A stretch of DNA of 17,315 bases from a candidate division WOR-3 bacterium. Its GTDB lineage: Bacteria; Hydrothermota; Tepidihabitantia; Tepidihabitantales; Tepidihabitantaceae. The translations under genes and the position numbers were made by a program. The stretch spans positions 24,421 through 41,735 of the forward strand of contig CBFGIY010000010.1 of NCBI GenBank assembly GCA_965648935.1, written 5' to 3'. Positions within the stretch are counted from its first letter, which is position 1. Each line of letters opens with the position of its first letter. Positions 1 to 7,372 of this stretch are shown here, in pieces. Below the pieces are notes generated by a model, which worked only from the letters and a program-made list of their open reading frames with translations, ran no database searches and had not been told where the DNA came from.

Positions 1-18
1 AATTCCCAATGTGGAGTT

Positions 19-55
19 CGGGGGGGGGGGCCCCTGCGGCCCCCCCGCCGCTTTT
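19..55 (+). terminator. Probable intrinsic terminator of an upstream transcript
   Basis: G-run 24-30 plus CC pairs with GG plus C7 (38-46), with a CCTGC loop, followed by CTTTT (51-55). Confidence 0.55.
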
Positions 56-63
56 CGGCCTGC

Positions 64-91
64 TTGACCCGCGCGGTCTTTCGTCTAGCAT
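64..91 (+). promoter_or_regulatory. Putative sigma70 promoter for hbd
   Basis: TTGACC (64-69), 16 bp spacer, TAGCAT (86-91). SD AGGAGG at 113-118 precedes ATG 124. Confidence 0.5.
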
Positions 92-123
92 AGGCGCAGA
101 AGACCGAACCGCAGGAGGTTTCG

Positions 124-981
124 ATGAGTAAGAAGAAAATCGGGGTCATTGGCGCCGGCACCATGGGCAACGGCATCGCCCAAGTGTTCGCGATGGCCGG
201 GCACGAAGTCGTCATGACTGACATCGACCAGAAGTTTCTCGACCGCGGGGTCGGCACCATCGCCCGGTCACTGGCCAAGCTTGTAGAGAAGGGCAAGATG
301 ATGGCCGACGCGGCTGAGGCGGTGAAGGCACGCATCACGACCGGTCTCGACCTGTCGGCGCACTCGGGGTGCGGGCTGGTCGTCGAAGCCGCGACCGAGA
401 GCTTCGAGCTGAAGAAGAAGATATTCGTCGAGCTGGACCGGCTGTGTCCGGCCGAAACCGTGCTCGCCACCAACACCTCGACCATCAGCATCACGGCCAT
501 CGCCGGTGCCACCGGGCGTCCGGGCAAGGTCATCGGGATGCACTTCATGAACCCGGTGCCGCTGATGCAGCTTGTCGAAGTAGTCAAGGGCATCGCGACC
601 GACCCGGCCGTCACCGAGGAAATCGTTCAGCTTTCCCGGGAGCTGGGCAAGACCCCGGTCGTGGTCAACGATTCGCCCGGGTTCGTATCCAACCGCGTGC
701 TCCTGCCGATGATCAACGAGGCGATATTCTGCCTTGAAGCGGGTGTGGCCGACGCTGCCGCGATCGACGAGGTGATGAAGCTGGGGATGAACCACCCCAT
801 CGGCCCGCTCGCGCTGGCCGACCTCATCGGGCTCGATGTCTGCCTTGCCATCCTCAACGTGCTGCACACCGACCTCGGCGACACCAAGTACCGGGCCTGC
901 CCGCTGCTCAAGCGGATGGTCTCGGCCGGCTGGCTGGGCAGAAAGAGCGGCAAGGGTTTCTACGACTACGCGAAGAAGTAG
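124..981 (+). CDS. hbd: 3-hydroxybutyryl-CoA dehydrogenase
   Basis: Rossmann [28 protein letters not shown] (catalytic His), [16 protein letters not shown] and [10 protein letters not shown] motifs. 285 aa with a strong SD. Confidence 0.95.
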   Translation: MSKKKIGVIGAGTMGNGIAQVFAMAGHEVVMTDIDQKFLDRGVGTIARSLAKLVEKGKMMADAAEAVKARITTGLDLSAHSGCGLVVEAATESFELKKKIFVELDRLCPAETVLATNTSTISITAIAGATGRPGKVIGMHFMNPVPLMQLVEVVKGIATDPAVTEEIVQLSRELGKTPVVVNDSPGFVSNRVLLPMINEAIFCLEAGVADAAAIDEVMKLGMNHPIGPLALADLIGLDVCLAILNVLHTDLGDTKYRACPLLKRMVSAGWLGRKSGKGFYDYAKK

Positions 982-1098
982 AGCGGTCAGGGTCCGTGGA
1001 GCGGTGTTCAGTAGCCTGGGGCAGACTAGCGGCTCTCGGATCAACAGCCCGACCTCCCTACCCCGGTTCCCGACCCCGGGTCCCTGGGCTCCCTGCTG

Positions 1099-2451
1099 AT
1101 GGCTGAGAGAGTTGTCCTATCGGTCGCGCAGCTCAACAAGCTGGCCGCTCAGGCCCTGCGCGAGCTGTTTGCCGAGGTCTGGGTGCGCGGCGAGCTGTCC
1201 GGAGTGAAGCAGTGGCCTTCGGGCCATATCTACTTCAGCCTGAAGGATGAGAACTCGCGCATCGATGCGGTCTGCTTCCGGTACTCGGCCCAGCGCCTGA
1301 AGTTCAGGATCGAGGACGGGATGCAGGTCATCGCCCACGGCAAGCTGGAGATCTACTCCGGCTCGGGCCGGTACCAGCTTGTCGTCGATTCGCTCGAACC
1401 CGAAGGGCTGGGCGCGTTGCAGAAGGCGTTCGAACAGCTCAAGAAGAAGCTCGCGGCCGAGGGTCTTTTCGCGCCCGAGCGCAAGCGGCCCCTGCCCGCC
1501 CTGCCGCGCACGGTCGGCATCGTCACGTCGCCCACCGGCTCGGTCATCAGCGATATGCTGCGCATGATGCGCCTGCACCGGGCCCGCGTCCGGGTGCTTC
1601 TCTACCCGGCGCAGGTCCAGGGCGAGGGCGCGGCCGCTACGATTGTCGCCGGCATCGCGGCGCTGAACGGGCTAGCCGTGGACGTGATGATTGTCGGCCG
1701 CGGCGGCGGCTCGATCGAGGATCTGTGGTGCTTCAACGAGGAGGCGGTGGCACGCGCCATCGCCGCGGCCGCGGTACCGGTGATATCTGCGGTCGGGCAC
1801 GAGCCCGACTTCACCATTTCCGACTTCGTCGCAGACGCGCGCGCGGCCACGCCCACTGCCGCGGCTGTGCTGGTCGCGGCGGGCTGGGAGAAGCTCGAAC
1901 GCGATCTCGCCGATTCGTGGCGCGCGCTGCTCGACGCGATGGAGCAGTCGCTGGCCGAGCGGGCAAGGACACTGGGGGATCTGGCCGCGCATCGAGCGTT
2001 CGAGAGCGTCCGCCTGAAGCTCTCAGACAGCGCGCGGCGGATGGAATCCGCGCTGGCGCGCGCCTCGGCCTCTGTCCAACGCCGGACTCACGAGCGACGG
2101 ACCGCGCTGGCCGCGCTGATGCAGAGGCTTGCGCGCCAGCACCCGGTCGAGCGCCTTCTGCGGCGGCGCGACGCGTTGCGCGGCCTTCTGGCGCGACTCG
2201 ACCGCCCGGTCCTGCGCCAACTGCAGGACGACAGGGCACTACTGGCCGGGGCTGCAGGTCGGCTTGAGGTGCTTTCGCCGCTTGCCAGTCTCGGACGAGG
2301 CTACACGATTGCGCGAAAGCTGAACGGCGCGGTCGTCTCGCACACAGGCGATGTATGGCCAGGACTGCGAATCGAACTGACAGTAACCGACGGCGCGATA
2401 GACTGCAGCGTGCTCAACACCCGGCAAGCACCGCAACAGCAGGAAGATTAG
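1099..2451 (+). CDS. xseA: Exodeoxyribonuclease VII large subunit
   Basis: N-terminal OB fold (VWVRGELS..SGHIYFSLKD), GIVTSPTG, VGRGGGSIEDLWCFNEE, SAVGHEPDFTISDFVADARAATPTAAA and C-terminal LSPLASLGRGY. Confidence 0.97.
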   Translation: MAERVVLSVAQLNKLAAQALRELFAEVWVRGELSGVKQWPSGHIYFSLKDENSRIDAVCFRYSAQRLKFRIEDGMQVIAHGKLEIYSGSGRYQLVVDSLEPEGLGALQKAFEQLKKKLAAEGLFAPERKRPLPALPRTVGIVTSPTGSVISDMLRMMRLHRARVRVLLYPAQVQGEGAAATIVAGIAALNGLAVDVMIVGRGGGSIEDLWCFNEEAVARAIAAAAVPVISAVGHEPDFTISDFVADARAATPTAAAVLVAAGWEKLERDLADSWRALLDAMEQSLAERARTLGDLAAHRAFESVRLKLSDSARRMESALARASASVQRRTHERRTALAALMQRLARQHPVERLLRRRDALRGLLARLDRPVLRQLQDDRALLAGAAGRLEVLSPLASLGRGYTIARKLNGAVVSHTGDVWPGLRIELTVTDGAIDCSVLNTRQAPQQQED

Positions 2452-2457
2452 AAGGAT

Positions 2458-2709
2458 ATGGCAAAAACTACTGACGCAGTTGAACCGATCGACTTTGAGA
2501 AGGCGCTGGCCGAGCTCGAGGCGATCGTCAAGCAGCTTGAGGCGGGCAGCCTGCCGCTGGAGAAGTCGCTTGAGCTTTTCGCCCGCGGGGTCGAGCTGGC
2601 CAAGGTCTGCAAGGCGCGGCTCGACGAAGCCGAACTGAAGGTCAGCAAACTGACAAAGGACAGGGACGGCCTGTTTTCCGAGGAACCTTTCGAAGAAGAG
2701 AACAGATAG
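2458..2709 (+). CDS. xseB: Exodeoxyribonuclease VII small subunit
   Basis: FEKALAELEAIVKQLEAGSLPLEKSLELFARGVEL...C...LDEAE signature. Starts 6 bp after xseA with a GAAGGA SD. Confidence 0.96.
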   Translation: MAKTTDAVEPIDFEKALAELEAIVKQLEAGSLPLEKSLELFARGVELAKVCKARLDEAELKVSKLTKDRDGLFSEEPFEEENR

Positions 2710-3305
2710 GGCAGAGCCCGGAACGGTCGACTGACCTGGCGCCCGCGCATGCGCTGGCCCCGGAGCCATACGCGGGCTGCTGAAGATGGTATGCGCAGTG
2801 TGGGCTGTGTCGCACGTGCAAGACCGTGAGACCAGGTTGCACAGACACTAACGTAGCAGCGAGAACAGGCCTTCAGGTGAACGGCCGATTGCACGCAGAT
2901 GACGGCTTCTCCAACAACCATCGGTGGTTTGATCTGGGACAGGACAGCACAGGTTATGGGGGGGGGGTGACCCCGGGGTCGAACTCGGGTCTCCTGCGGC
3001 GGCCGAACCAGGCAGCGAGGGATCCGGCGAAATCGCCTTGTGGTAAAGGGGCGACTCGCGACGCGAAGCGCAACGCGAGCGCGGACTTGGACCGGTGCGC
3101 AGTTCGGGGGTTCAGCCGATTGGCCGGCCGCGCGCTGAGCAGCGAATCAGAACCGTAGATGAGCGTGAGCGTGAACGCCCGGGCCAGGACGGGCATAAGA
3201 TGGGTATGGACGCGAACACAGGCACAAGCGATTGCAGGGCGCACCCGATACCGAACCACGGCCGGAGAAGCAGAATGGGAGACAAGGCAAGAGCCTCATG
3301 CGATG

Positions 3306-3333
3306 TTGACACCTCGTCACAGGCTGCTAGAAT
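3306..3333 (+). promoter_or_regulatory. Strong sigma70-type promoter driving a short non-coding transcript or leader
   Basis: TTGACA (3306-3311), 16 bp spacer, extended -10 TGcTAGAAT (3325-3333). Predicted TSS ~3340. Confidence 0.7.
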
Positions 3334-3339
3334 CCTCCT

Positions 3340-3456
3340 GAGATTGAGAGGTTCGGGGTGCGTGACACCTCCCTATCTCCATCGTGCTCGAAAGAGCATG
3401 CCCAATGTCCGCACCCCGTTTGTTGCAGCCCGGCCCTGCGGGGCCGGGCCTCGTTT
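3340..3456 (+). ncRNA. Unassigned structured small RNA or cis-regulatory leader
   Basis: Has its own promoter. Helices 3340-3352/3367-3379 and 3354-3362/3410-3418 (9 bp perfect), a GAAA tetraloop hairpin at 3384-3399, and a terminal 9-bp hairpin at 3428-3449. I do not recognise the family. Confidence 0.55.
3428..3456 (+). terminator. GC-rich hairpin, probable terminator
   Basis: GCCCGGCCC-TGCG-GGGCCGGGC perfect 9-bp stem followed by CTCGTTT (weak U-tract). Confidence 0.55.
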
Positions 3457-3482
3457 GACACCTTGCGTCGCTCCGGTATCTT
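3455..3482 (+). promoter_or_regulatory. Putative sigma70 promoter giving a leaderless MBL-mutL transcript
   Basis: TTGACA (3455-3460), 16 bp spacer, TATCTT (3477-3482), then 7 nt to GTG 3490. No SD. Confidence 0.55.
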
Positions 3483-3489
3483 CAACCAC

Positions 3490-4326
3490 GTGAACCAGGC
3501 CGCGTCTCAGAACAGCATCGTCTTCCTCGGCTCGGGCGGGGCACGCATCGTCGTGGCCAGGCAGGTGCGGGCTTCGGGAGGCATCTGGCTGAACCTCGCG
3601 GGCGCGCGGCTGCTGATTGACCCCGGACCCGGAGCGCTGGTGCGCATCACGTCGAGCCGGCACGGCTTGGACCCGTCGAGACTGGACGCAATCCTGCTGT
3701 CGCACCGGCACCTGGACCATGCGGCCGACGTCAACGCGATGGTCGAGGCGATGACCTCGGGCGGCACGGAAATCCGGGGCCGGCTCTATGCACCGCAGGA
3801 CGCGCTCGAAGGCGATGACCCGGTGGTGCTGCGCTACCTGCGTTCGTTTCTCTCGGAACTGGTAACACTCAGGGAGGGCGGTGAGTACCGCGTCGGCGAG
3901 GTGGGTTTCCGCTGTCCGGTCCGGCACCGGCACAGGGGAGAGGTGTACGGTTTCCGTTTCGCCGCGCCCGGGCTGACCGTGTCCTATGTGGCTGACACGG
4001 CCTTCTTCCCTGAGCTGGCCGACCGCTATCGCGCCGACGTGATGATCCTGAATGTAGTACGGCAGAAGCCGTCGGGCCTTGATCACCTGCACGCGCCCGA
4101 AGCGGCCGAGATAATCGCCTCGGCCCGGCCGAGGCTGGCGGTTCTGACCCACTTCGGGATGACGATGATTCAGGCCCGGCCCTGGCTAGTGGCCGAGGCG
4201 ATGAGCGAGAAGACCGGGGTGAAGGTCGTCGCCGCGAGCGACGGTCGGCTGGTAGACCTCGAACCGTACAGGCAGAACCCCGCGGCCCGAAGGACAACCG
4301 ACGAAACCGGCAAGGCAGATGTCTGA
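3490..4326 (+). CDS. MBL-fold metallo-hydrolase (RNase Z/PhnP/YycJ-like superfamily)
   Basis: FLGSGG, LIDPGPG, SHRHLDH (HxHxDH), downstream H, YVADT, DHLH and THFG motifs. Start moved from the ORF-track 3358 to GTG 3490 because the extension overlaps RNA, terminator and promoter elements. Confidence 0.88.
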   Translation: MNQAASQNSIVFLGSGGARIVVARQVRASGGIWLNLAGARLLIDPGPGALVRITSSRHGLDPSRLDAILLSHRHLDHAADVNAMVEAMTSGGTEIRGRLYAPQDALEGDDPVVLRYLRSFLSELVTLREGGEYRVGEVGFRCPVRHRHRGEVYGFRFAAPGLTVSYVADTAFFPELADRYRADVMILNVVRQKPSGLDHLHAPEAAEIIASARPRLAVLTHFGMTMIQARPWLVAEAMSEKTGVKVVAASDGRLVDLEPYRQNPAARRTTDETGKADV

Positions 4327-5926
4327 GCGCAAACCGGTCAGAACCTTGCCTGAGGAGACGATCCGACGCATCGCGGCCGGCGAGGTCATTGTCCGCCCGG
4401 CCAACGCGGTCAAGGAACTCATCGAGAACGCGATTGATGCCGGTGCGACTCAGATCCGGGTCGAAATCAAAGCCGGGGGCAAGAACCTCATCAAGGTTTC
4501 GGACAACGGTTCCGGGATGACTCGCGACGACGCGCGGCTGGCCATCGCGCGCCACGCCACAAGCAAGCTCGCCACGGCCGAGGACCTCGAACGTATCGAA
4601 AGCTTCGGCTTCCGGGGCGAGGCGCTTGCTTCGATCGCCGCGGTCAGTCGGATGAGCCTCGAGACCAATGCGGTCGACGGCGAGCCGGGTACCGGCATCG
4701 AAATCGAGGGCGGCGAGGTGCGCGAAGTGCGCGAAATCGCCCGCGCGCGGGGCACGACGGTGACCGCGCGCATGCTGTTCTACAATCTGCCCGTGCGCCG
4801 CGCATTCCTCAAGAGCGAGAACTATGAGGCCCGGCTGGTTGCTGAGACCGTGCGCTCCTACGCCATCGCGTTTCCCCAGATCGGATTCGAGTACGTCGCC
4901 AACGACCGGGTCGCGGCCAGACTCGGCCCGGCCTTGAGCCTGCGCGAGCGGCTCGGCGCGCTCTTCGAGAAGAAGCTTGTCGAGAGCCTGGTCGACGTCA
5001 AGGTGGACAACCCGGCACTGGCGCTGCGCGGGGCGTTCGCCGACCCGTCGCAGGCCAAAGGGTTCTACGACGTGCAGGCAGTGTACTTCAACAACCGGCC
5101 GGTGCGCAGCCACACCGCGGTCCGGGCGGTGTACGAGGGCTACGGCCCGACGCTTGCCGGCAACAACCCCAACTTCGTGTTGTTCGTTCAGACCGACCCG
5201 GCGCAGATCGACGTCAACCTGCACCCGACCAAGCAGGAGGTGCGCTACAAGGACGAGCGGTTCCTGTTTGACTTCATCGCCGAAGCAGTTCGGCGCGGCC
5301 TCGGCATCCAGCGCACAGGCGACGACGGCGGTGATTTCCTGTTCAACCGTGGGTTCGGCCCCGAGGATGCCGCCCCGCAAGGCTTCTGGCAGCTGCACAA
5401 CTCCTACATCCTCGCGCAGGTTGCGTCGGGCTACGTAATCGTTGACCAGCATGCGGCGCACGAGCGCATCATCTACGAGGAAGCGATGAAGGGTCAGCAA
5501 TATGCCGCGCCGCAAGGCCTTCTGTTCCCGGTCACGGTCGAGCTCTCGGCCGAAGGATTTGCGGCCTATGAGCGGGTCGCGGACCGGCTCGCCCAGATGG
5601 GACTGGAAACCCACGCCTACAGCGGCCGGACCGTGGTCGTCGAGGCCGTGCCGGCCGGGACATACCTGGGCAAGGACGAGCTGCGCGAGCTGCTGACCGA
5701 GCTCGAAACCGCCGCGGCCAGCGATGTGTCGGTGGCCGGTGAGCTGGCCAAACTCATAGCGTGCAAGGGAGCTGTCAAGGCAGGCCAGCGCCTGGCCCAG
5801 CCCGAGATGGAATCGTTAATCAACCGGCTTTTCGCCTGCCGGGAGCCCTACTTCTGCCCTCACGGCCGGCCCGCAGTCATCAAGATAACCCTTGACGACC
5901 TGGCACGCCGGTTCGGGCGCCAGTGA
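4319..5926 (+). CDS. mutL: DNA mismatch repair endonuclease MutL
   Basis: IAAGEVI.RPANAVKELIENAIDAGA, DNGSGM, HATSK, GFRGEALASI and DVNLHPTKQEV. Endonuclease motifs DQHAAHERIIYE, ACK and CPHGRP. Clamp-binding-like QGLLFP. Confidence 0.97.
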   Translation: MSERKPVRTLPEETIRRIAAGEVIVRPANAVKELIENAIDAGATQIRVEIKAGGKNLIKVSDNGSGMTRDDARLAIARHATSKLATAEDLERIESFGFRGEALASIAAVSRMSLETNAVDGEPGTGIEIEGGEVREVREIARARGTTVTARMLFYNLPVRRAFLKSENYEARLVAETVRSYAIAFPQIGFEYVANDRVAARLGPALSLRERLGALFEKKLVESLVDVKVDNPALALRGAFADPSQAKGFYDVQAVYFNNRPVRSHTAVRAVYEGYGPTLAGNNPNFVLFVQTDPAQIDVNLHPTKQEVRYKDERFLFDFIAEAVRRGLGIQRTGDDGGDFLFNRGFGPEDAAPQGFWQLHNSYILAQVASGYVIVDQHAAHERIIYEEAMKGQQYAAPQGLLFPVTVELSAEGFAAYERVADRLAQMGLETHAYSGRTVVVEAVPAGTYLGKDELRELLTELETAAASDVSVAGELAKLIACKGAVKAGQRLAQPEMESLINRLFACREPYFCPHGRPAVIKITLDDLARRFGRQ

Positions 5927-6840
5927 TAATCCCGGTCATCGCCGGGCCGACCGGCGCGGGCAAGACCGATGTCGCGGTCGAGATATGCGCCAGGCACAAC
6001 CTCGAAATCATCTCGGCCGACTCCCGCCAGATCTACCGGGGCCTGGCCATCGGCACGGCCCAGCCCGACGCGGCTCAGCGCGCGCGGGTGCGGTTTCACC
6101 TTGTCGGCACGGTCGAGCCGAGCGCAACCTGCTCAGCGGCTGACTTCGCCCGAGCGGCCGGCGCAGTTATAGAAGAGCTTGCCGCCGGGGGGCGCCGCTG
6201 CGTGGTCGTGGGCGGCTCAGGGCTGTACCTGCGCGCGCTGTTCGAGCCGTTCTTCGCGGCGCCGCCCTGTGACCCGGAACGCCGAGCCGCGTTGATGTCT
6301 TTGCCCGTGTCAACCCTTCACGAACGCCTTCGCGCGGTCGATCCGGCACGCGCGGCCCGGCTTCACCCGCACGACCGGCAGCGCATTGTCAGGGCGCTCG
6401 AGATCTTCGAGAGCACGGGCCGCACATTCGAGGAACTGCGCGCTCAGGCCGCGGAAGCGAGGCGGTTCACGCCGCGCTACTTCATCCTGACGATGCCCCG
6501 CGCCATGCTGTACCGGCACATCGAAGCGCGCTTCGATGCGATGATGGCGGCTGGACTGCTCGACGAGGTGCGCTCCCTGCAGGTGTCCGGGTTATCCCGT
6601 TCGAGCTGCGTCGCCAACGCATACGGATATGCCGAGCTGCTCGACCATCTTGATGGCCGAATCAGCGTTGAGGAGGCCGTGCGCTCGGCCAAGGCCAAGA
6701 CCCGGGCCTATGCACGGCGCCAACTCGCCTGGTTTCGCGGACTTGTTGACGCGACCTGGCTCGAACACCGGGGAGACATCACTGAAGCGGCACGGCGCCT
6801 CGAGCCGCTCGTGCTCAATACCCTAGGCGCAGGCGTTTGA
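5923..6840 (+). CDS. miaA: tRNA dimethylallyltransferase
   Basis: GPTGAGKT, IISADSRQIYRGLAIGTA, VVGGSGLY, RIVRALE and TRAYARRQLAWF. GTGA overlap with mutL matches the classic mutL-miaA synteny. Confidence 0.96.
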   Translation: MIIPVIAGPTGAGKTDVAVEICARHNLEIISADSRQIYRGLAIGTAQPDAAQRARVRFHLVGTVEPSATCSAADFARAAGAVIEELAAGGRRCVVVGGSGLYLRALFEPFFAAPPCDPERRAALMSLPVSTLHERLRAVDPARAARLHPHDRQRIVRALEIFESTGRTFEELRAQAAEARRFTPRYFILTMPRAMLYRHIEARFDAMMAAGLLDEVRSLQVSGLSRSSCVANAYGYAELLDHLDGRISVEEAVRSAKAKTRAYARRQLAWFRGLVDATWLEHRGDITEAARRLEPLVLNTLGAGV

Positions 6841-7364
6841 CCGCTCGCCCCGGGCCTGCTATGATTGCCGCGTTGTCCCGCAGAGCTGAGAACCAACCGA
6901 CACCGGTCGTTGTCGCCGCAGTAAGCGGACCGCGCGGCCTGTTGCTCCTGCGTCGGAGCAAACCGCCTTTTGCCGGGATGTGGGCAATGCCCGGCGGCAA
7001 GCTGCGCCGCGGCGAAAGCCCGCTTGAGGCCGCGGCGCGCGAGGTGCTTGAGGAAACCGGGGTGCGTTGCCGCGGCGGCGCGGTGGTCGCGACGGTCGGC
7101 GAGGAGCTGCGCTCGAACGGCCGGGTCTACATGCACTATCTGATGCTGTTCTGCCGGCTTTGTGCTGCGACCGAACGGCTGCGCCGCTCTGAAGAAGGCA
7201 AAGCAAGGTGGTTCTCGCCCCACGAGCTCGCGCGAGCCGCGCGCCTGGTTGTGCCCAGCGACCGACGGATGCTCGGTCTGGTCAGCAAGGCAGAGAAGCC
7301 CTACTATCATTGCGTGGTCAACCGTTCGGACAGCGGCCGCTACAGAGTCAGCAGGTTCCATTGA
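6837..7364 (+). CDS. NUDIX hydrolase (MutT/ADP-ribose pyrophosphatase-like)
   Basis: Nudix box [24 protein letters not shown] preceded by LLLLRR.KPP..GMWAMP. Start is either TTG 6837 (TTGA overlap) or ATG 6861. Confidence 0.88.
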   Translation: MTARPGPAMIAALSRRAENQPTPVVVAAVSGPRGLLLLRRSKPPFAGMWAMPGGKLRRGESPLEAAAREVLEETGVRCRGGAVVATVGEELRSNGRVYMHYLMLFCRLCAATERLRRSEEGKARWFSPHELARAARLVVPSDRRMLGLVSKAEKPYYHCVVNRSDSGRYRVSRFH

Positions 7365-7372
7365 GGAGGCAT

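Noticed and set aside
2763..2819. GAGCCATACGCG and TCGCACGTGC resemble halves of group II intron domain V
   Set aside because: They are too far apart for the ~34-nt DV hairpin, with no following GGTTC, no domain VI and no RT ORF.
2958..2992. tRNA- or tmRNA-like end (GGGGGTGA...TCGAA on +, GTTCGACC...CCA on -)
   Set aside because: The T-stem has two mismatches, and I found no matching acceptor partner, D-arm, anticodon arm or tag ORF.
3112..3312. Hydrophobic 66-aa minus ORF as a type I toxin opposite the candidate sRNA
   Set aside because: No properly spaced SD or minus-strand promoter is visible, and the Pro-rich stretch is not a convincing TM helix.
2826..3341. Two in-frame + ORFs separated by a single TAG (possible readthrough)
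   Set aside because: There are no recognisable motifs or SD. TAG is a normal stop in hbd, xseA, xseB, metK and ahcY, and the second ORF runs over a promoter.
3340..3420. HDV-like ribozyme or SAM-II reading of the candidate RNA
   Set aside because: P3 and P1.1 cannot form because the tract has no G partners, and the SAM-II conserved nucleotides are missing.
3869..5614. 581-aa minus-strand ORF, and similar long shadows at 7607-9463, 10168-11373, 268-1044 and 3373-4152
   Set aside because: These lie antisense to well-supported genes and have no motifs. They are expected from high-GC codon bias.
7208..7372. N-terminal extensions in the ORF track (metK 7208, MBL 3358, rnfD 14140, rnfC 15267)
   Set aside because: They overlap neighbouring genes or promoters, and family homology, SD and promoter positions support later starts.
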